From Promethearchaeota archaeon (GTDB lineage: Archaea > Asgardarchaeota > Lokiarchaeia > Sigyniarchaeales > SOKP01), in NCBI GenBank assembly GCA_048941265.1, contig JBHLNT010000035.1, forward strand, positions 1 to 30,925: DNA of 30,925 nucleotides, given 5' to 3'. This document shows, piece after piece, positions 9,766 through 17,606 of the stretch. A program made the position numbers and the translations under genes. The notes beneath the pieces are model-generated. The model worked only from the letters and a program-made list of their open reading frames with translations. It was not told the DNA's origin and searched no databases. Within the stretch, counting starts at the first letter, position 1. Each line of letters opens with the position of its first letter.

Positions 9766-10866
9766 ATGGTATCTTCCTTTGTATTACTTGAGGGAATCAT
9801 TACAATTGGAAATTATGCTTTAGGGGTGAGTATGGGATTATATGCTCTATATAAAGCAACAAAAACGGAAGCAAAAATCTTAAAATATTTTGGCATTACG
9901 ATTTTATTTTTAAGTCAAATCTATTTAGTTACTATTTTGGATTTTTTGACTATTATCATAACAGGAAATAATATGGATAATTCTTTCGGATTATTTTCAC
10001 TTCTCACTTATATTTGGATTGGTCCCTCTATTATTTTAGGAATGTATATTATTTTTGAAGTTACAATTCCAGAGAAAAAGTGGTATATTTTACCAATTTA
10101 CGTTGTATTAAGCGTTGTTTTTGAAATTTTATTATTTTTAGATCCTTTAAATTCTTTTAAGATATCATATACTACTCCGGATGGAGGAATTATTCACTCT
10201 AGTTTGGTTTTTGGTACAGTGCTTTTTGTAATTCTTAGTTTTATATTCGTGTCAGCCTTTATACTTTTTGGAGTAGGATTTTTTATTATAGGAATCCAAA
10301 CAACAGGAATACTTAGAGAAAAATTTATTATTTTATCATATGCTTTTATAGCATTTCTTAGTTTAGGTGCAGTAGATATTTTAACTACTCCCGGTATTTA
10401 TGTAATTTTTCTAAGGATAGGTGAGTTAAGTTGTGCTGTGGTTTTTTATTTTGGAATAAAAGAGGAATCGGTTGAAGTTTCAGAAACTAAAATTATAAAA
10501 TCCGAATTTGAGGGCCCAAAGATTTCTTTGGTAACTTCCCTCGAAACTTATTCTAAACCAGATGAGTTGTCTGAGGAGGCCATACAGTATATGAGGGAAC
10601 AAACGCTTTGCATAATTTGTAAAGCTAAACTCCAGGGTTTTGTATCCATTTATATATGCCCGCAATGTAAAACATTCTACTGTGAAAAATGTGCAAAAGA
10701 GTTAGTACAAATAGATAACATGTGTTGGGGTTGCATGAAAGCGATAGATGATACCAAGCCTATTAAACCGATTGAGGAGATAGATAAAGATATCATTGTT
10801 GATAGTTCTCAAAAGCCTCCAAAAAAGTTAAAAAAGAAAAATAATATTGCAGAAAAGCATGAATAA
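9766..10866 (+). CDS. 7-TM membrane protein with C-terminal C4C4 RING-like zinc finger (paralog of 8582..9646)
   Basis: Aligns end to end with the upstream gene (ITG.N, YIW..P, IPE.K, FE..LFLD..NSF, TG..R..F, T.PG, R.G). CIIC-x12-CPQC-x4-CEKC-x10-CWGC at nt ~10609-10734. Confidence 0.8.
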   Translation: MVSSFVLLEGIITIGNYALGVSMGLYALYKATKTEAKILKYFGITILFLSQIYLVTILDFLTIIITGNNMDNSFGLFSLLTYIWIGPSIILGMYIIFEVTIPEKKWYILPIYVVLSVVFEILLFLDPLNSFKISYTTPDGGIIHSSLVFGTVLFVILSFIFVSAFILFGVGFFIIGIQTTGILREKFIILSYAFIAFLSLGAVDILTTPGIYVIFLRIGELSCAVVFYFGIKEESVEVSETKIIKSEFEGPKISLVTSLETYSKPDELSEEAIQYMREQTLCIICKAKLQGFVSIYICPQCKTFYCEKCAKELVQIDNMCWGCMKAIDDTKPIKPIEEIDKDIIVDSSQKPPKKLKKKNNIAEKHE

Positions 10867-11032
10867 ATTTAATTTATAGGAATATTTTAATAAGAAATGT
10901 ATTTTAAAAACTCTAAATTAGTTTTAAGTGTGTCATCAAAATTAATATATATGTTGGCACTATTTATTAATTAATACAATCAAAATCAATAATTATCGTG
11001 CCAAAATAAGATTATTACCAAGGGTGGAAAAC

Positions 11033-11287
11033 ATGAAAATAAGTGTAGAGGATTCACGCACTGGAAAATTAATTAAACTTGACGTAAAAGAGCACCATAT
11101 AATAGAAAAAATAGTAGACATTATCATAAAACATATGGGCATAATTAGCGTCGAACAACGCTCTTATACCTTAGTCTTGAATGGCCAAGAATTGCCAACA
11201 AATATTACAGTAAAGGATGCTGTACATAAATTCGGTTTAAAAGAAAATGATAAATTAGCATTATGGGCTAGAGTGGTAGGAGGATAA
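11033..11287 (+). CDS. ubiquitin-like protein (beta-grasp) ending in di-glycine
   Basis: MKISVED..TGKLIKLDV (compare ubiquitin MQIFVKTLTGKTITLEV), LVLNGQEL, GLKENDKLAL, and C-terminal ARVVGG*. Alternative GTG start at 11024. Confidence 0.88.
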   Translation: MKISVEDSRTGKLIKLDVKEHHIIEKIVDIIIKHMGIISVEQRSYTLVLNGQELPTNITVKDAVHKFGLKENDKLALWARVVGG

Positions 11288-11351
11288 TTTTATCCATTTT
11301 TTTCTTAATTTTATAATATTTTGAGTAATAGTAGAGTTATAAAGAACTATT

Positions 11352-11933
11352 TTAATCATCAATAATAATGATATCATCAGATTCTTCGGCAGCTTTTTTT
11401 TCTTCTTCTCCTTCTTTAATATTATACTGGTTTCTAAGCTCATCCATAGTATTTTGTTTGAAAAACTCAGCGGCCTCCGCACATATGGGATAATTTAGGG
11501 GATCTTCAGGATTTGGATTTTCAACTAGCAATTTTAAGGCTTTCACCGTCGTTTCTAAATCAGATAATCGGGACCATTTCTTCAAAACATTTAAACAGAT
11601 ATATCCTGTCCCAGGTTTATCTGAAGATGATAGTTCTACGGGATGAATATTAGGATGAAAGATATCCGAATACCAAGCGAAGTCAATTCCTCCTGGATAT
11701 GGAAATGAACGATTTATCTTCAAAAACACGCGATGACTCCATTTCGGAACTAAATCTATGCCTTCACTATCCTTTACATATTCAAAACCTAAAGCTTTAA
11801 TATTAATCATTATTTCGATGCTATTTTCTTCTCGAATAATTGAATTTTCTTCAATAACTGCTAAACTCTTTAATCCCTTTAACTCGTTTTCGAGTCTGTC
11901 CTTCCATATTTCTTGAGGTAGTTCTGGACTCAT
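11352..11933 (-). CDS. ubiquitin-conjugating enzyme E2 (UBC fold)
   Basis: RLENEL, FPYP, IFHPNI (HPN), GYICLNVLKKWS (catalytic Cys), LLVENPNPEDPLN..AAE, and an acidic C-tail. ATG at 11933 has gaggg upstream; the ORF track extends to a TTG at 11957. Confidence 0.93.
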   Translation of the reverse strand: MSPELPQEIWKDRLENELKGLKSLAVIEENSIIREENSIEIMINIKALGFEYVKDSEGIDLVPKWSHRVFLKINRSFPYPGGIDFAWYSDIFHPNIHPVELSSSDKPGTGYICLNVLKKWSRLSDLETTVKALKLLVENPNPEDPLNYPICAEAAEFFKQNTMDELRNQYNIKEGEEEKKAAEESDDIIIIDD

Positions 11934-12067
11934 AAGAAGACCCTCTTTAATTCCCAACCCATTTTTTTTATAATTAATGATAATTTATATTAAAAAATTT
12001 ATTTTTTTCGTATATAATAATAACTTTACAACTTTTTGATTTTGGTCTATTTTGTAAAAATTTTTTG

Positions 12068-12946
12068 TTACTTTTTATATGAACACACCCAGCATTCATC
12101 ATTTTTTATTTTGGTAATAATTTCAAATGAATTTGTTAATCCATTATAATTTAATTGTTTACCAATTAATGGTTCTCCTATATCAGGGTTCCATTCCCCG
12201 CTTTTTTTGAACGAATCTAACCCTAATAAAAACTTTATTACTTGTTGAGATTGTATACCTCCTATAATAGCAGTGGTGGTGATAAGAGTTGCCATTTTTC
12301 CTATAGTTTCCCCATTTGCAGATTCGATTTCCTGACCAGTACAAGAATACTTTTTCCACATAAGATCCAAATCCATACCTGAGACACCGCATTGCATGCA
12401 CGCCGCATCCTTAACTTTCGAATAGACAGCCTGAACTGTTCCGTAAAATTCATCTATCCCAGAATCTACGAAAGGAACTCCGTAATAATATGCATAATTG
12501 TTAGATTGTAGTCGGGCTTCGATATTATCAACGCAGGAACAGATAACGTCTGATTTTTGATACAAACTTTTATCGATATCGTTTAAATCTTCCTTAAAAG
12601 CAATGATTTCTGTTTCTCCTAAATTTTTTACGGCCTTTTTTACCACATCTACTTTATATTCTTGTTTTTTCGCACTTTTTTTATCAAATAATACACAACG
12701 ATTAAGATTGGATATGTTAATAGTATCATAATCAATCAAAATTAGTTTTCCAATACCCGTTAATACTAAATTTTTTATAAGTTCATTACCTGTTGCTCCA
12801 GCTCCAATAACCATTACTGTAGCTTTAGAAATTTTTGTTTGATCCCATCCTATTATTCTTTTTTGACGATCATATTTATCTTCATCAAAAGAGCCCTCAC
12901 TTAAAATTTCATATTCTTCTTCATTTTTATTTTCAGATAATTTCAT
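12068..12946 (-). CDS. ubiquitin-activating enzyme E1-like (ThiF/UBA family)
   Basis: YDRQ, VIGAGATG, DYDTINISNLNR, CVDNIEAR, Zn pairs CMQC and CWVC, and a candidate catalytic Cys in KYSCT. Confidence 0.92.
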   Translation of the reverse strand: MKLSENKNEEEYEILSEGSFDEDKYDRQKRIIGWDQTKISKATVMVIGAGATGNELIKNLVLTGIGKLILIDYDTINISNLNRCVLFDKKSAKKQEYKVDVVKKAVKNLGETEIIAFKEDLNDIDKSLYQKSDVICSCVDNIEARLQSNNYAYYYGVPFVDSGIDEFYGTVQAVYSKVKDAACMQCGVSGMDLDLMWKKYSCTGQEIESANGETIGKMATLITTTAIIGGIQSQQVIKFLLGLDSFKKSGEWNPDIGEPLIGKQLNYNGLTNSFEIITKIKNDECWVCSYKK

Positions 12947-12995
12947 GATGAATCAAGTATTAATCTAAATTAGATTATAAATTCTGATTTCAAAA

Positions 12996-13484
12996 CTATG
13001 GCTTAATAATTGCATAACTTAAATTTTTATATTTTTTATTCGAATTATGGTCTAAAGTAAAGAATTCAAGTTCATTCTTTATGGGGTCAACAACTAAAGC
13101 TACTTGGTAAGATTCAGGAAAAAAAAACTCTTGTGTATGGATATCAGTAGAGGAAAGAAATGGTCCAAATCCAGGATGGCTATGCCACCATCCAACAATT
13201 CTTAATTCTTCATTATTTTTTTTATGCTTTAATTTCTGAAATTTTTTCTCGTATTTCCCAGCTGCACCTTCTATTTGGGATGTTGAATATTTATCACTAT
13301 GGACTGCTCCTATGATAAAAAGCTGGTCTTCAATGACAATATAATTTTTTTCATTCCATTTATAGATATTTCCTATTAAATATCCAAAGATTTCTAATTT
13401 CTCTTTTTTACAAACTTTTGTAATTTCGTCTAATATATTTTTATAAATATAAACGGGGAATACAAAATTTTCTTCAATACTCAT
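12996..13484 (-). CDS. JAB/MPN+ (JAMM) metalloprotease, Rpn11-like deubiquitinase
   Basis: EIFGYLIG...IVGWWHSHPGFGPFLSSTDIHTQ (E...HxH-x7-S-x2-D) and ALVVDP. Confidence 0.93.
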   Translation of the reverse strand: MSIEENFVFPVYIYKNILDEITKVCKKEKLEIFGYLIGNIYKWNEKNYIVIEDQLFIIGAVHSDKYSTSQIEGAAGKYEKKFQKLKHKKNNEELRIVGWWHSHPGFGPFLSSTDIHTQEFFFPESYQVALVVDPIKNELEFFTLDHNSNKKYKNLSYAIIKP

Positions 13485-13541
13485 ATTTATGCTTGTAATT
13501 CTTAAAATTTTAATTAATTGTAAATAAACATATTCATCTCA

Positions 13542-14471
13542 TTAAAAAACTTGCATTTGCTTCATTTCAATCTTTTCGACTACAGATTTTTGCAATATAT
13601 CTTTCAGTAATGAAATGAATTTATCTTTTGCATCATCTTCCGTAGCAGAATACCCATATGTTTTTATTTTTTCGAACATTTCTTCGATTTTTTGTGGTTC
13701 AAAAGCGTATTCTTTTAAATCTTGAAAGTTTGCGATAATATAAAAATCAGTGTTTTTGACCAAAGGTTTTAGTCGGGAAAATAAGTTTTTTGTTCTGGAG
13801 AGATTGCTTGCCGCTGAGTTAGATACGATACAAATAGCATCCACTGAATTTAGTAACGGTCGGTAGAGTTTAGATTTATCAACTAATTCGCTTAAGTCCA
13901 TTTCTCTTAACGTTATTTGTTTTATATTTCTTAAATCAGTAATGTCTATAGGTTTTTGAATAATCTCGTTTAAATCTTCATCCAATTCTAATATTGTTTC
14001 ACCAGGAAATAAGTTCATTATTGTGGTTTTTCCTACCCCTGGCTCGCCAACTAATAATACTTTAGGAGGTATAAATATATTTTCTTCTACATATTCATCA
14101 AACTCGTCGAAAATTGAAACGCATCCACTAAATGCTTTAATATTTTCTCTATATCGTCCCATGAATTCATTTTTCATAAGTTCAAGCTTCACTCTAGCTT
14201 CTTCTTCAGAGTCATCTATATCTATGACTAATACAAACATACAGCCAAATTCTTCATCGTAAGAGTAAATAAAATTGAAATTTCTAAAGTTTAGTGAATC
14301 TATGGCACCTCCTTGGATCTCTTTTGCAAAACTACTTATAGCATTGAGAAACCCGCCAACTAAATCTTCTTCAATTATATTTTCATTCTTTTGAATTTTT
14401 CCAATAAAATCTTTTGAATAACACAATACTCCACCAGGGGCCATTATTAAAATACGCGAGATAATTTTCAA
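13542..14471 (-). CDS. N-terminal longin-like domain fused to a divergent small-GTPase domain
   Basis: aa 1-133: RILIMAPGGVLCYSKDF...LVGGFLNAISSFAKE...MFVLVID...FDEFDEYV (longin pattern). aa 137 onward: KVLLVGEPGVGKTT, ANFQD, YSAT. TTG start preceded by GGAGG. Confidence 0.75.
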   Translation of the reverse strand: MKIISRILIMAPGGVLCYSKDFIGKIQKNENIIEEDLVGGFLNAISSFAKEIQGGAIDSLNFRNFNFIYSYDEEFGCMFVLVIDIDDSEEEARVKLELMKNEFMGRYRENIKAFSGCVSIFDEFDEYVEENIFIPPKVLLVGEPGVGKTTIMNLFPGETILELDEDLNEIIQKPIDITDLRNIKQITLREMDLSELVDKSKLYRPLLNSVDAICIVSNSAASNLSRTKNLFSRLKPLVKNTDFYIIANFQDLKEYAFEPQKIEEMFEKIKTYGYSATEDDAKDKFISLLKDILQKSVVEKIEMKQMQVF

Positions 14472-14623
14472 AAACCTCCATTTTTTATAGATTTCTTTTT
14501 TTTTCCTTTATTTATTTATATGTTTTAATTTAAATTTGAATTTAACTTTATAATAATCATCATTAAAAATATATTAATAAAATAAACTTTATATTAATTA
14601 AATAATACTTTCTGGGGATTAAT

Positions 14624-14773
14624 TTGGGTGAAAAAAATGAAAAAAATTCTTCAGAAAAGCCTCATCCTAAAATCATTGGAACAGAAGAGAAGAAAATCCC
14701 ATACCAAAAACCCCCTAATAATAAAATCATCTATTTTAATATAATTGAAAAAAATTCCGAAAAGGAACAATAA
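14624..14773 (+). CDS. putative 49-aa hydrophilic microprotein
   Basis: TTG-started MGEKNEKNSSEKPHPKIIGTEEKKIPYQKPPNNKIIYFNIIEKNSEKEQ*, with gggga SD-like at 14614-14618 and tttata at 14588-14593. A competing 35-aa frame starts at ATG 14637. Confidence 0.35.
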   Translation: MGEKNEKNSSEKPHPKIIGTEEKKIPYQKPPNNKIIYFNIIEKNSEKEQ

Positions 14774-14874
14774 TATTCGATTAATGTAATTCTATTCTAC
14801 TAAAATTCAATTGGATTTTTACACTTTTTATAATTTAGACGATAAATATATCTTAGTAAATTTGCATAAATAGC

Positions 14875-16296
14875 ATGGAAATGACGAATATTAAAATAGG
14901 TATTGTAGGAGCTGGTTCGGCAGGATTATTTGCCGCTAATGAACTTGGAAAATCGGGCATAAAAAACTTGGAAATTTCTATTTTTGACCAAGGTCCTGAT
15001 ATAGCTGATAGACATTGCCCTATAAATGATGAGGGAATTGCATGTGCATTGTGTGATCCATGTAGGCTTATGAGTGGAGTCGGCGGTGCGGGATGTTATT
15101 CTTCAGGAATATTAAATTTAGATAAAAATATTGGTGGCCATTTAGGAGAGTTGTGCGATAAGGCTAATCTTAACGTAGAAAAAGTAATAGAACAGATTGA
15201 TAATTTCTTTGTCGAAAATGGGGCTCCAGATAAGATTTTTGATCCTTTTGAAAAAGGAAAAAAGGAAGCTCTTAATGAATTAAAGCGGAAATGTGCTGCT
15301 GTAGATATAAGGTTTATCCCTGTCAAACAAAGACTTTTGGGTTCAAAAAAAACTCCTGAGGTAATTAAATCTATTCAAAAATTTTTAGAGTTAAACTATC
15401 AAGTCAAAATTATTCCTAATACTAAAATAATAAGATTTGATGAGAAAAAAAACCTTTATTTCGATGGTGAACAAAGAGAGCACTTTGACTATTTACTTTT
15501 AGCTCCTGGAAGATGGGGGATGATCTGGTTAGCTGAACAGTGTGAGAAAAATGCAATTAAAAGTTTCTATGAACCTCTCGATATTGGGGTTCGCGTGGAG
15601 GTACCAGCTATTATAATGGATGATGTCTGTCATATCCAAAGAGATCCAAAATTTCATATAATAACGCAAACCTATAATGATTTTGTTCGCACTTTCTGTG
15701 TTAATCATAAAGGGTATGTAGTTAAAGAAACATACGAACATAAAATTGCTGGAGTAAATGGACATCAACTTACAACCGAGGGTAAATCTGAGAATAGTAA
15801 TTTTGCATTTCTTATTAGGCAAAAACTCACTAGCCCTCTTGAAGATACTACTGAATATGGCCTTTCCATTTCAAAACAAACATCAATTCTTGGAGGATAT
15901 AAACCTTTAATACAAACACTCGGAGATTTACGTAGAGGACATCGTTCAAGAAAATCTTTAATTGAGCGAAATCCTGTTCAACCGACTTTAAAAGATGCTA
16001 CTCCAGGAGATATTGCCATGGCATATCCTTATCGATTTGTGAAAGATATTATAGAGGGTTTAGAAATTCTTGACAAGGTAGTACCTGGAGTAAATAATAA
16101 TAGCACATTAATTTACGCCCCTGAATTCAAACGCAGTGCCAAGAAAGTAGAAATGAACTCGTTTTTAGAATCAAATAAAATTAAGAATATATTTTTTGCG
16201 GGGGATGGAGCTGGAATATCACGAGGCATCATTGGCGCTGCAGTTACAGGAATTATCGCAGCCAATGGAATCATAAAAAAGATAAAAAATAAGTAA
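14875..16296 (+). CDS. NAD(P)/FAD-dependent oxidoreductase (COG2509-like)
   Basis: IVGAGSAG, Cys cluster CPI...CALCDPC, GVGGAG, LAPGRWG, DIGVRVE, VRTFC, and FAGDGAGISRGI. Confidence 0.85.
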   Translation: MEMTNIKIGIVGAGSAGLFAANELGKSGIKNLEISIFDQGPDIADRHCPINDEGIACALCDPCRLMSGVGGAGCYSSGILNLDKNIGGHLGELCDKANLNVEKVIEQIDNFFVENGAPDKIFDPFEKGKKEALNELKRKCAAVDIRFIPVKQRLLGSKKTPEVIKSIQKFLELNYQVKIIPNTKIIRFDEKKNLYFDGEQREHFDYLLLAPGRWGMIWLAEQCEKNAIKSFYEPLDIGVRVEVPAIIMDDVCHIQRDPKFHIITQTYNDFVRTFCVNHKGYVVKETYEHKIAGVNGHQLTTEGKSENSNFAFLIRQKLTSPLEDTTEYGLSISKQTSILGGYKPLIQTLGDLRRGHRSRKSLIERNPVQPTLKDATPGDIAMAYPYRFVKDIIEGLEILDKVVPGVNNNSTLIYAPEFKRSAKKVEMNSFLESNKIKNIFFAGDGAGISRGIIGAAVTGIIAANGIIKKIKNK

Positions 16297-16334
16297 TCAT
16301 TAATTTCTCAAGCTCTCACTAATTTATTTTTGAG

Positions 16335-16465
16335 AAAAAAAGTGAAGGGTAGCGAAAATCAGGCTTAAAATGTAAAGAATTAGGGAGAGAATTAAACTCC
16401 AATGAGTTTAATAGAGGGCGAAATCCAATGTTTTGCCTGATAATCGTTTATAATTTCCCTTCCTT
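16335..16465 (-). ncRNA. candidate structured small RNA (long interrupted hairpin); strand tentative
   Basis: Nested complementarity: GAAGGG 16344-49/CCCTTC 16457-62, ATCAGGC 16358-64/GCCTGAT 16435-41, ATTAAACTC 16391-99/GAGTTTAAT 16404-12. On the minus strand TTTATA lies ~25 nt upstream and a U7 tract directly follows. Confidence 0.45.
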
Positions 16466-16659
16466 GATAAGATATACGTATTCTAATATAAAAAGATGTA
16501 ATTATTATTTCATTTTGTGTTCTTATAGTACTCACATTCAGAAAAACAATAGCAAGAAGAGTTCTTTAATTTTTATCATAAAAGATCCTAATGTTCACCT
16601 TAAAAGCAATTCTATAAGGAAATTAAGATTTAAAAATAAGAGTAATTTGAAATTTGATC

Positions 16660-17469
16660 TTACTTATTCAATATATTAGAAATCTTAAGTTTTAATCCAT
16701 CCTCTGCCGCGATGATATTTCTTATTTTAGTTTTTTCTTTAAGCTTTTTAACTTGACTAGGGACATTATTTCTTTCAGATCGTGGTCCATCCATGAATGA
16801 ACCAAAATGAGTAATAATCAATCCATCAAGAGTAGGTTCAATTTTGTTTAAATAAGGTATAACTTCATCTGTACATAGATGTCTTCGACATGTAATAGAA
16901 TCCGGTCGTAATAAGTTCAAAATCAAAATATTTACGCCAGAAAACTGTTCTGAAAACCCTTCAAATACCATGGTGTCGCTTGAGAATGCAATAGAGTAAT
17001 CATTTAAGTTAAATCTAATGCCAAATCCTTCCACATTAGGCGAATGAACCACTTTTGTGCCAATTATTTCGGCGCCATTATATATTAATCTCTCTCCTGC
17101 TTTAAATGGAACTACTCTATCAAGCATATTTAAATGATAATCTGAAATGAATTCCAAGGAATTTTTAGTAGAAATTAATATCCCCTTTTTGAAATAATTA
17201 TAATTTTTATCGTGCAGACTCTCCCTAGAAGCTTCGATAATCGCGCTAATATCATTAAAATGGTCGATATGGAAATGAGTCACAATAAATAATTCAGTCT
17301 TTATTGGATCTTCACTATATTGATTTATTCGCACAGTTGCACCCGGACCGGGATCAATATGAGCCTGAATTCCATTAAATTTATACAAAATACCCCCTGT
17401 AGCTCTATATTGAGTTCTGATATGATGCCTTCCCCCACCAGAACCAAGTATAACTATTTCATCTTCCAT
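16660..17469 (-). CDS. MBL-fold metallo-hydrolase
   Basis: VILGSGGG, IDPGPG, THFHIDH (HxHxDH), VVH, FSSDT, HL, and ITHFG. Confidence 0.88.
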   Translation of the reverse strand: MEDEIVILGSGGGRHHIRTQYRATGGILYKFNGIQAHIDPGPGATVRINQYSEDPIKTELFIVTHFHIDHFNDISAIIEASRESLHDKNYNYFKKGILISTKNSLEFISDYHLNMLDRVVPFKAGERLIYNGAEIIGTKVVHSPNVEGFGIRFNLNDYSIAFSSDTMVFEGFSEQFSGVNILILNLLRPDSITCRRHLCTDEVIPYLNKIEPTLDGLIITHFGSFMDGPRSERNNVPSQVKKLKEKTKIRNIIAAEDGLKLKISNILNK

Positions 17470-17606
17470 AATTTGGAAATTTAAGATTATTTTTGTATAT
17501 TTAAATATAATTAATCTAAAAAATTAATTTTAATGAATTATGGTCAGGGAGATTAATGGAGATAAAAATAAGATTAATTCTTAGAAACTCACTTAAACTC
17601 ATGAAA

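Noticed and set aside
8582-10866. Rhodopsin or GPCR identity for the 7TM proteins
   Set aside because: No retinal-binding Lys motif in TM7 (Arg present instead) and no DRY/NPxxY motifs. Helix count alone is insufficient.
11033-13484. Interpretation as a sulfur-carrier (ThiS/MoaD/SAMP) or CBASS/Bil-type antiviral module
   Set aside because: A canonical HPN-type UBC E2 and a eukaryote-like Ubl are present, with no cofactor-biosynthesis genes, CD-NTase or effector nearby. A defence role cannot be fully excluded.
16335-16465. Identification of the hairpin as 5S rRNA, SECIS or H/ACA RNA
   Set aside because: Lacks the 5S loop C motif (CCGAAC) and second arm, has no properly placed AUGA/GA quartet or adjacent selenoprotein gene, and has no ACA box or K-turn.
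16428-16679. 83-aa + strand ORF
   Set aside because: No motif, low-complexity AT-driven composition, and it overlaps both the MBL gene end and the RNA candidate with its putative promoter.
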